A stretch of DNA of 64,000 nt from Dictyostelium discoideum. Lineage: Eukaryota. The DNA is taken from NCBI GenBank assembly GCA_000004695.1, contig CM000153.2, positions 3,936,001 through 4,000,000 of the forward strand. Direction: 5' to 3'. Under the pieces are notes generated by a model. That model saw only the letters and a list, made by a program, of their open reading frames with translations. It did not search any database and was not told the origin of the DNA. The position numbers were made by a program, and so were the translations under genes. Shown here piece after piece: positions 11,680 to 22,249 of this stretch. The number at the start of each line of letters is the position of its first letter. The stretch's first letter is position 1.

Positions 11680-11792
11680 GGAATCGAACCTACAATCTTA
11701 TCCTTAGAGGATCAAATAAATGGAGAAGAAGGGTATCGATCCCTTTACCTCTCGCATGCTAAGCGAGCGCTCTACCATCTGAGCTACATCCC
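11680..11792 (-). tRNA. tRNA-Ala(AGC)-like gene with an aberrant 3' half; probably a tRNA pseudogene or chimera
   Basis: The reverse complement starts GGGATGTAGCTCAGATGGTAGAGCGCTCGCTTAGCATGCGAGAGGTAAAGGGATCGATACCCTT, so 5' acceptor strand, D arm, AGC anticodon arm and a T arm are all intact. The expected 3' acceptor strand ACATCCC is replaced by CTTCTCCATTTATTTGATCCTCTAAGGATAAGATTGTAGGTTCGATTCC, which contains a second B-box-like GGTTCGATTCC. Confidence 0.45.
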
Positions 11793-11830
11793 CTTTGATG
11801 AATTTTTATAATTAACGTTGTATCCTAATT

Positions 11831-12107
11831 CCTATGGAAGAGATCGAAAAAAACAAACAACAACAACAATCTCTTTTTTTGATTATTTCATTTTTCATAT
11901 AAAAAAGACTTAAAAAACAAATAAATAAATAAATAAACTATTTTAAAAAGCCATCTTTTTACTTTATTGTAATTTATTATTTGTTTCGTTTTGAGAATTT
12001 TGCGTAGCAAAATTTTCAAAAAAAAAGCAAAAAATAATCAGATCGAAAAAAACAAACAACAACAACAATCTCTTTTTTTGATTATTTCATTTTTCATATA
12101 AAAAAGA

Positions 12108-12142
<35 letters not shown>

Positions 12143-13848
12143 GGAACCAAGTTAATTAGAAAATTTCCAGATTTTTAACTTTTTAAAGAAAAATAAAAAA
12201 GATAGAAAGAAAATAAAATGAAAATCACAAACAACACCACAAATATTAAGCAACACAAATGCCTACAAAAAATAAGCGAAATTGTGGATAAAACTCAATT
12301 AAAAAAAAAACAATTCAAATACGTCATAAACATCAATCACGAACCAGACGATAAAATAAAAAAAGATTTAGAAAAAAGTTTGGACAAAAAAGATGTTTTA
12401 ATCAAAAGTAATAATACATTCAAAATTCTCACAGACAGTATTAGTACAGTAATCTATTTTGTAAATATGTTTGATGCAGAATTAAAAGGACAATTTATAA
12501 CCACTATAAGACCAAAAAATATGTATACAGATTTTGATTGGTATAAATCACTCACAGAAATAGAATGGGTAATAGAAAATGAAGGATGTAAACTAATTAA
12601 ATCAGAAATTAAAGGCGAAACTCTAATTATCAAAACAGTGAAAAGAGTCGTAGAAGAATTTGACACTATCATTGAACTAGACAATCTAACATTAATTGGA
12701 CACTCCAACAAAGGATGGAGAGATCAAACCTCATTACCAGAAAATCAAGAAGAAAACAAAAATAAAAAACAATCAGATGAACAACAACCACAATCTACAT
12801 CAGAACAAATACCAAAACAAGGAAAAAGAACAATCATTATCCCACCAATCACATCCTCATCTAATGATAAAACATTTATGGCCCTAGATGATACAGCTCA
12901 AAAGGTAATAGAAGCATCACTAGAAAACGTAGATGAACTAACAAGAATAGAGAATGAGATCAATACACAATCGATAAACAATCAAGAAATTAAAACAAAA
13001 TCAGAAAAACCTATCGAACCACCATCTCCATACAATACACCAATAAAACAACACGGCGAAACAAAGGGACTAACAACGGAAGAAAAACTTAGAGAGGCAA
13101 ATGATATCTTCGACTTCACCAGCCCAAACACTGATGCAATAAGAAAAATAGAATTCCCACTTTCAATCCCTTCAAATCAATGGTTCTTCTCCTCTCCAAT
13201 AAAACATATCATGAGTTTCAGCCCAACCTATGGTACACCATCGAAAATTATCGATTCACCAAGTAAATTGTTAAACACACCAAAAAAGAAACAACAAGAC
13301 AAAACAAACAAGACCAACAAAACACCAGTCAAACCAAAATTGGGTGAATATGGACAAAAAAGCATAAAAACAAAAATGGATGAAGATATAGACAACTTCA
13401 ACAAGGAAATTCTAAAACAAATCAATAAATCAAAAAACCCCACAAACACACAAGACCAACAACACAACGAACAAAGTAAAGATCAGTTAGAAGACAAAAT
13501 AAACCAGAAACTTCAAAAGGTAGATAAAAATCTACCCCAAATAAAACTATAAAGAAAAACACAATAAGAATAGGTGTTTGGAACGTCCAAGGATCCAACA
13601 CCATCCAATCTGCCAGCATAATAAACACCGTTTTAGACAACAACAAGCTGGACGCAGCACTTCTAACTGAAACAAATATAAAAACAAATAAAATTTACTC
13701 AATAAATCAACAATATAAAAACAAAATAACACACCACGCACCAATTGATAAAACAGGACAAGGGGTGTCACAAATCATCATCAACACCCGCAATAGAACT
13801 TCCTAAACATCTCAAAAAATACAATAATTCACTCAGTACTTTCTATAA

Positions 13849-13905
<57 letters not shown>
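11831..13905 (+). mobile_element. TRE5-A (DRE) non-LTR retrotransposon about 40 bp upstream of the tRNA-Ala-like gene, facing away from it. It has a duplicated A-module (about 11831-12040 and 12043-12217), ORF1 at 12218-13552 (444 aa), the start of ORF2 at about 13565-13800, then truncation and oligo(A) at 13860-13905.
   Basis: The roughly 76-bp block gatcgaaaaaaacaaacaacaacaacaatctctttttttgattatttcatttttcatataaaaaagacttaaaaaa is repeated at 11832 and 12043. The ORF2 start translates RIGVWNVQGSNTIQSASIINTVLDNNKLDAALLTETN (APE endonuclease N-terminus). It is followed by a 46-nt A run. Position relative to the tRNA matches known TRE5-A behaviour. Confidence 0.75.
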
Positions 13906-13907
<2 letters not shown>

Positions 13908-14235
13908 CCAGGTTATTCAAAAAATTAAAAAAGATGGAAGGAAATTAAAGGGAAATTCACAAACAACACCACAAATATTAAGCAACACAAATGCCTACAA
14001 AAAATAAGCGAAATTGTGGATAAAACTCAATTAAAAAAAAAACAATTCAAATACGTCATAAACATCAATCACGAACCAGACGATAAAATAAAAAAAGATT
14101 TAGAAAAAAGTTTGGACAAAAAAGATGTTTTAATCAAAAAGACCCTGTAAAAAAAAAAAAAAAAATAAAATGAGATCTAGCATCTCAAGGAGAAGCAAAT
14201 AATAATTGCGTTATCCAATTCAAAAAAAAAAAATA
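13906..14235 (+). mobile_element. TRE5-A remnant: B-module end, first about 190 bp of ORF1 (a copy of 12225-12410), C-module and oligo(A)
   Basis: 13955-14148 is near-identical to 12225-12410. The C-module motif aaaatgagatctagcatctcaaggagaagcaa...caattcaaaaaaaaaaa follows. Confidence 0.55.
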
Positions 14236-15040
14236 ATTCCTATGGAATACTCTTTTTAATTTGTATTTACTTGTGTGACCCTTGAACACACAGAAATAAT
14301 TAATAATAAATAATAAATAATAAATAATATTATATCTCTTATATAATATAATAAAACTTCCGTTTGTGCACAATTTGGAATAAAACAACAATGAATTAAT
14401 TTTTATTTTATTTTACTATTTATTCTAAAATTAATTTTACTAAAGAAACCATTGGTAAAATTTCTGAGAATAAAGTAAGAATCTTTTATTTGTTAACGTC
14501 TTTTCAGTTACAGGTTTATTTCTATATTTGTATTTTACCAGGGATAAAAACTTTATATATTAATTTATGTCGCTTAATTATTCGCGATTATTACATTTTT
14601 TCATTTTTAGCCAAAATTTAGATTGATATTTTTAAGATTTTTAAAAAAATATATACATTTTATGTGTTTTAAAATGTATGATATAAAAAACTTAAGAATA
14701 TTAAATCAAATATGGTAATAATTAATAAAAAGTTTAATTTAATAAAAAATCATTAAGGAACTTACATTAAACCCTTCCGATTCTTTAACGAATAGAAGGT
14801 GATAAGGTAGAATTAGATATGGTAATTTTTGAGCAAAAGTATCGAATATTCCCTTTTGATGTAATGGTCCTGTCTGTAGATTACCCAAAGATGGTTATTA
14901 CAATTTTTTATTTTTTTGAATATTTTTATTTATCAGACTTTTATATTTAATAAAATGAGGTCTCAAGAAGAAGCAACTATCAATTGCATTATTTCATCAA
15001 AAAAAACTATCAAACTTTTATTCGCTCCCCTCAAAAAAAA
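14236..15040 (+). mobile_element. TRE5-like internally deleted element. Its 5' segment of about 370 bp is an inverted duplicate of 5985-6365, and it ends in a C-module-like end at about 14947-15010.
   Basis: It starts aattcctatggaatactcttttt..., sharing the cctatgRaa start with the TRE5-A A-module at 11831. The sequence is colinear, inverted, with the element upstream of tRNA-Asp. Confidence 0.5.
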
Positions 15041-15261
15041 CAAAAATATCCTACCTTTGTATGAAGTTTTATTAAAAATTAACATTTAATAAATATTATA
15101 TAAGATCTAAATGATACAAACAATATAGATATATTTTATAGGTATAATACGTCCTAAATTGAATCACAAGCAATTTATATACATCAAAACCTTTTAGAAT
15201 ATTTTTTTGAGTGAATACTAATTAATTAGATTATGGTTTATTTGATATAATTTCAAATATA

Positions 15262-15305
<44 letters not shown>

Positions 15306-15358
15306 ATAGATTAGGTTTTGTTTAGTTTAGTTTAGTTTGACCTGAGGTGTTTTTTCTA

Positions 15359-15938
15359 TTAGAAAGTTGGATAATAAGAGTTATAAGCAAATATTGCAAG
15401 GTTATCATTTGATGCTGTAATACGCATATAACCAGATTCGCCCCACCATGAACCCCAACTGTTTTTAATCTTATAGGCATCAGTTGCTTGGTCATAACCA
15501 ACAAGTAAGACAAGATGATTAATACCAGTGTATTTAGTTGCTGAGTTATATATACCACTCTTGTAATTTTGGAATGCAGAATCTACATATACTGCAATTG
15601 TAACTGGACCTTTTTTAAGTTCTGCAAGTAAAGCAGCTTTAGTTTTTTCGGTATAACCATAGTTTGTGTACTTGAACCTTGCAACTGAACTTGTAGTAAT
15701 ACATGAAGTACCAGTAACAGCTTTGTATGGATCATCTTTTTCATAAGCAATACCTGGTGTTTTAAAGAAATTGAAATAGTTTCCTGACCAACCACCATTA
15801 CAACCACTAGCAATACAATTTACAGCATTTTGATTTGATAATTGAAGTGTCGATTTTTGTGCTGTACCATATTTAATAAGGTAACGAGATTCAAGTGCTG
15901 CACTACTAGCAAATGCCCAACATGATCCGCACTAATTG

Positions 15939-16002
<64 letters not shown>

Positions 16003-16471
16003 CTATTGAATTGGAAAATTAAAAAACAAAAAATTAAAATTAAAAAACATACTTGTCCTTGATCTCTTATTGGAGTTTGGTATGAAGTCCAATCTACTGT
16101 AAGAGTTGATGTTGGGGCTGGTGTTGTTGGGGCTGGTGTTGTTGGTTTTGGAGTAGTTGGAGCTGGTGTGGTTGGTTTTGGAGTGGTTGGAGCTGGTGTT
16201 GTTGGTTTTGGGGTGGTTGGAGCTGGTGTTGTTGGTTTTGGAGTAGTTGGAGCTGGTGTGGTTGGTTTTGGTGTGGTTGGAGCTGGTGTAGTTGGAGCTG
16301 GGGTTGTTGTTTTTGGAGTATAAGGAAGAACACCCTTAAATCCACCTGCTGGGTAATATGAACATGAAACTTCAGATTTATCTGGACATATTGTCTTTGC
16401 GCAACCATATGAAGTACTCTTACTCCAAACAGCCTATAAAAATTTAAATATAATTAAAAAACAATTTAATT

Positions 16472-16516
<45 letters not shown>

Positions 16517-16914
16517 CTTACATATGTCCATAATTGACAATTATAATTTGCAGAACTATTACAACCTTTAGCGTTCCAGTCATAAAAAGAGGCACCTTTT
16601 TGGATATTATCAAGAGTTGCATTTAAATTGAAATAAGTATTTGGAGTCCACCAACTTTGCCATTCACTATTAGTTCCATACTGTGACATCGTACTAAATT
16701 TACCATCACATTTATCTAAACTACTTTGAAGAGCAGCTGCAATTGTTGCATTCCATTTTAATGCTGGAATTGTTGTTGATGGAGTTGGACCAATTGGAGA
16801 TGATCTCCATTTATTGTGATACGAAACAATAATTTGTTGTTCGGTTGGTGACAATCCACCTTTTACAACAAAAAGTGTTGAAATTAAACATAACAATACT
16901 AATATTAATTTCAT
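15359..16914 (-). CDS. Secreted CAP/PR-1 (SCP) domain fused through a Pro/Thr-rich linker to a papain-family (C1A) cysteine protease mature domain, with no I29 propeptide. Three exons: 16914-16522, 16433-16053, 15931-15359 (about 448 aa).
   Basis: Exon 1 has a signal peptide, then HNKWRS...YGTN...CQLWTY (CAP motifs). Exon 2 (after a GTAAGT...ATAG intron) reads AVWSKSTSYGCAKTICPDKSEVSCSYYPAGG (CRISP signature) followed by (TTPAPTTPKP)n and ...TVDWTSYQTPIRDQGQ. Exon 3 (after a GTATGT...TTAG intron) reads CGSCWAFASSAALESRY...INHLVLLVGYD...NSWGSWWGESGYMRI, which is the Cys/His/Asn catalytic triad context. All junction phases check and there are no internal stops. Confidence 0.8.
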
Positions 16915-17659
16915 TCTTTTGGGTGATTTTAAAACTATATATATCTAAATATATATAATTAATTTTTTAATTAATTTTAAAAAAGATAAAAAAAAAAAAA
17001 AAAATTAAAGAATTGATTTTAAAAAAAAAAAAAATGTTTAAATAAAAAAAAAAAATATAATAAAAATAAATAAAAATTAACTTTTTTTTTTTTTTGATTA
17101 AAAAATAATCACAAAAGAGATCTTTTTATTTGGAAAAAAAAAAAAAAAAAGTTTGAAATCAGTTTATTTTTAAAAATTAAAAAGAAAAAAAATATCTTTT
17201 GGATTTAAAAAAAAAAAAAAAGAATTATTGGTTTATTTTAAAATAATGAATGGGTTTTAATACTTTGAATGAAAAAAATGGTTTTTTTAAATAAAATATC
17301 ATATGATATTTCAAGTGATCCCATGAAATCTTGATTACCAGCCCGTTTTTTTTAATTAATTAACGATTTGAATTTTCGTTCAAGTTGCAAATTTAACCAA
17401 TTTCAAAAAAAAAAAAAAAAAATATTAAAAAAATTAAATTAAAACTGATCATCCCAAAATATCTCTGAATTGTTTTTTTTTTTTTTAATTTTTTTTTTTT
17501 TTTAAAATTAAAAAAAAAAAAAAAAAAAATAAATTATTGTAAAACCAAATCACAACTATTTTTAAAATTTTTTATTAAAAAAAAAAAAACAAAATAAATT
17601 GTGTCTTTGTTAAATAATTTATTATTTTTAAAAACAATTAAAGAAATAAAAAAAAAAAA

Positions 17660-18522
17660 ATGAAAATTATTGTTTTAGTTTTATTAATTTTGGGATGTTC
17701 TCAATTAATTAATTCTCAAGAAGTCCCAAGTGATTCAATTCTTTTTCAACAATTTATAAATTGGATGGATAATTATGGAATTTTTTATACTTCTGGTGAT
17801 ATGCAATCAAAATTCAAATCTTGGAAAGTATGTTTATTTTTAATAGTTATAATTATTTATTTCTTTATTATTTTTTTTTATAAAAAAAAATAAAAAATAA
17901 AAAATAAAAAAAAAGTAACATATTTTTAATATTATATTATGTAATAATTTTTTCAGTCAAATGTATTAGAAATTGCAAGTTTAAATTCAAACCTTAATGT
18001 TCCAGATGTACTCTATACTGTAACTGAAACACCAGTATCCAATTTAAGAACACTTTTAGATGCTGAACCAACAATTGTTGAATCATATCCAGGTCAAGAT
18101 ATTCAACAATGTAATTATCTTTTTTTTTTTTCCCCTCTTTTATTTTCAATAATATTAATTTTTTTTTTTTTTAAAAAAAATTATTAGTTGAAGTTAATCA
18201 ATTTTCAGATTTAACAGCATCAGAGTTTAGTAATATTTATGCCGGTGCAGATGCATCATTAGCTATTTCTGAAGTAGCAGCATCAACTTTATCAACTGGT
18301 GCCATTGTTGGTATTGCAGTTGGTGGTAGTGTTGCACTTATTGGAGCTACTGCTGCAACTGTTTTAATTGTTAAAAAGAAGAGACAAAACAAAAAACCAC
18401 AAGTTTCTGAACCAATTGCAACAACTCAAGATGTTAAAATGAAACCAACCAATGGTATAGATCTTTTAAATCGTACTGAAAATCAACATAGATCAATCAC
18501 TGCAAGAGCATTCTATTCTTAA
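17660..18522 (+). CDS. Type-I membrane protein carrying a stand-alone cathepsin-propeptide inhibitor (I29) domain, about 218 aa. Three exons: 17660-17827, 17957-18110, 18188-18522.
   Basis: Signal peptide; ERFNIN-like block [34 protein letters not shown]; GNFD-like block [17 protein letters not shown]; one TM helix ([24 protein letters not shown]) followed by a KKKRQNKK stop-transfer; short cytoplasmic tail. Introns are GTATGT...TTTCAG and GTAATT...TTATTAG, with phases consistent. Confidence 0.8.
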
Positions 18523-18571
18523 ACAATTCAATTATTAATTTATTAGCTAATTAATTAATTCATTTTTTGAT

Positions 18572-18622
<51 letters not shown>

Positions 18623-18951
18623 TTAAATTTTTATTTTTTATTAATATAATAAAAATAAAAAAACAATAAACCCAAATTTCAATTTGATTTTTTTCACAAC
18701 AAAAAAAATAAGTTTAATATTATTTTCACTTTTCCTACATAATCATTTTAAAAAAAATAGATTTTTAAAAAATATATATACTTTCAATATTAAATAAATG
18801 AAAATAAAAACAATAATATTAATAATAAATTAAAAGTAATTAATATAAATTTAAAGAAACAAATAAAAAAAAAAAAAAAAAAAAAAACAATAATTATGAT
18901 TTCCAAATTAAATTTAATTTTATTTTAATTGGATGAGAAATTTAAATTTTC

Positions 18952-19322
18952 TTAAATTTCAGACATTGCTTCAATATCAACACTCTGCAAAATTTTAAAA
19001 AAAAAATAAAAATAAAAAAAAGAAATTATATTAGTATAATTTTATAGTTTAAAGTTTTTTTTTTTTATAAAAATATATTAATTAAACCTACTTGAACTAA
19101 ATCCATATTGTTGATTTTCATTTCTAAGTCATCAACTGATGTTTTGTTTTCAACAACAGCCAATGCTCTAAGACGAGCTAATTTACCAACTAATGGTTCC
19201 TTTCTGAATTCACCCCAAGTTAAACCGTCCATTTTAATGTTTTTGACATTCTTTTCAACATCTTGAATGTTGGTTTCTTCAGAGGCTGGAGAAATCAAAA
19301 AGATAACTGATGTTTTATGCAT
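18952..19322 (-). CDS. Short eEF1B-type guanine-nucleotide-exchange domain protein, about 87 aa. Two exons: 19322-19092 and 18984-18952. No N-terminal domain was found.
   Basis: KTSVIFLISPASEETNIQDVEKNVKNIKMDGLTWGEF...LVGKLARLRALAVVENKTSVDDLE...MDLVQ|SVDIEAMSEI aligns with the EF-1beta C-terminal GEF domain ([34 protein letters not shown]...YVQSMDVAAFNKI). The intron is GTAGGT...TTTTGCAG. Confidence 0.6.
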
Positions 19323-19886
19323 TTTGAATATTTATTTTATTTTGAATTATACAAAATATAACAATTAAAAAACTTTAATTTATACTAATTTCCAAAAATC
19401 TTTTTTTTTTTTTTTTTATTTTTTCCCAAAAAAAAAAAAATATTAATTATTTTTATTAATAATAAAATTTAATAAATCTTTTAAAGGGTTGTGGTTTAAC
19501 TTCCATTTTTGGAATTTTTTTTGCTTTTATTGAAAATAAGAAATTTCAAATTAATATATATTTTTTTTTTTTTTTCATTTTTTTATTTTTTTATTTTTTT
19601 TTTTTTTATTTTTTATTTTTCCAGTGTTTAAGAATTTTTACTAAATTTGTAAAAACAAAAAAAAAAAAAAAAGTGTTAATGTATGAGTGGGTAGTACTTT
19701 TTATTCGATTTTAAAATTCCAAAAAAAGTAAATGACAATTATTTAGATAGGAGAATTTTTTTTTTTTTTATAGGGGTTTTATTAAATAAATTATAATTTT
19801 TTTTTTTTTTTTTTTTATGGGAATAATAATTATTTGGTTTTTTAATTTTTAATTTTTTATTTTTAAATTTTTATTATTTTTTTATT

Positions 19887-19939
<53 letters not shown>

Positions 19940-19940
19940 A

Positions 19941-22182
19941 TTAACGAATATATTGCATTAAAGATTCAATTCTTCTAAATGCATCATCAGGAGTTATTCC
20001 TAAATCAGCAACAGCTTTTAATTGACTTTCATATTTGAGATCCAAGAAAGTTTCAATTAAGTCACCATCAATGAAATTTTTAGAGTCAATAGTATGATGA
20101 TCATTTGAGAAAGCTCTCCAAGTTTCATGACTGAAACCACCAACACCACGAACTACTTGATTTAAACCCTTTTGTAATTTTGAGAAAAAGATGAAATCCT
20201 CTTCAGAGATAGAGGCAACTACACCAATTGAACCATTGACAGAAGCATAAAGGATTGTAGGAATAATTGGTTGATCTGAATCTGGTAAACGTACTAATGA
20301 ACCATGTCTCATTGAATTGATTGATTCACCAATATGATAATGACCAACACTATCCAATAGCTCTCTCTCTAGCTCATTAGTTGAATCATTATTCTTTTTG
20401 ACAACGATGAAATTATTACTTGCTTCAGCACCAATGAAATAGTCATCATTTATCATTGCAACTGATCTAATCCAAATTGGTTGTGGATTTCTAGCGATTT
20501 GTTCCAACGAACCATCAGATTGTTCAACCAATAATGACATTGACTTCATCATATCGCCAACGAGTATGAAATGACCTCTACTTGCTAATTTCAAAATCAT
20601 AGTATGACCTTTATGTACACTCTCACTTGAAATAACTTTACAATTCTTTTCCTTTGAATGAGTATATCTAATTGAAAATAATCTTTTATGTACTGCTGCA
20701 ATTAATCTACCATTAAATGATAATAAGAAATAAACACTTGATCTAAATTTAATTTCTTCTAATAAAGTTAATTTACCATTAGCACCACTATTATTATTAT
20801 TGTTGTTATTATTGTCTAAACTATCTTTATCATTCGATGATGATGATGATGATAAACTAAATAATAAAACTCTACCACTTGATTTAATTGGTGTATTAAT
20901 TGAAGTACCAACTGCTAAATAAGTATTTACATCATCACCAGCAAATTTACATGGTGTAATTGACCAACCCATTTCATATGGATCCAATTTATAAGAGGAG
21001 ATGAGTTCAAATGTTTGATCATTATAAATACGAATGTATGAAACCTCTTCATCCTCTTCACATAAATCTTGTGCACCACCTAATAAACCTTCATTATTCT
21101 TTACCGTTATCACTGCATAACATGAATGATCTTCTAAATGTACAATTCTTCTACCCATCTCTTCATTCAATGGTATGGTTTTAATATGAAGTTTTTGAAT
21201 TTCATCAATTGTACCAATTGTCAATGAATTGGTTGTAGCAATTGCCATTGAATTTGGGAATCCATCTGAATTAAATGATGTAACATTTGTAACATCCTTT
21301 AAATTTACAACTGAATAAAATAATTTCTTATTATGACTATAAATTACTGTTGGTCTATCTGAAATTGCAAATATATTAATTGTATTTTTTAATTTAAATC
21401 TTTTAAAAAAAAAAATAAATAATTAAAAAAATTAGAAATTAGAAATTTGAAACTTGAAATTTTTTTTTTTTTTTTTTTTAAAAATACAAACTTTTTTAAA
21501 ATTATTGGTTGAGTACCTAAAGTTAATTTTCTTTTATCAAATAATTTAAAACTTGAAAAATCAAATTGAAATTTAAATAAATGACCATCACCTAATGAAC
21601 AGAAAATATAATCTATTGAATCAAAAGAAATCATTAATATTGATCTTGGTAAAATTTCACCACCCAATGGTTCTTTCCAAATCTCTTCAAGTGTTGGTAA
21701 TTTGAAGATACGTAAAGTGATATCATTCCAAAGTCCAACAGAGACCAATTGAGATTTAGTATCCATAAATGAATCAAAAGGTGAAATATCAATACAAGAG
21801 ATTTCATGAGGTAGTTCAATCTCCTTTACCAATTGAATTGATTTGTTGGATGAATTAATTTGGAAATATAATAATGATTTATCAATTGATAAAACGATTT
21901 GATCTTGATTGGTTGATACTAAATTAATTCTACGAGATGGTTCAACATTCCATTGTGATACTCTTTTGAATGTATTTGAATCGATTAAATTGATTGAGAC
22001 ATTGGTAATTTGAATCAATAAATTCAATTTATCAATGGTACCACAATAAAGTGTTGAACAATTTGATTCTAAACCTTCAAATTCTGTTTCTTCAATCTCT
22101 TCACCTTGAAATGATAATACCTTTGTACATTCAATAAATGATGTAATTAAATATCTATCTTTTGAATCAGTTATACCATTAC

Positions 22183-22249
<67 letters not shown>

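Noticed and set aside
15322-15813. Two small minus-strand ORFs (78 and 76 aa)
   Set aside because: They are off-frame readings inside exon 3 of the papain-domain gene.
16094-16408. Gln-rich 104-aa minus-strand ORF
   Set aside because: It is the wrong frame of the Pro/Thr linker exon of the CAP-protease gene. The biologically coherent frame (TTPAPTTPKP repeats joining CAP and peptidase domains) carries no ATG and so is missing from the ORF track.
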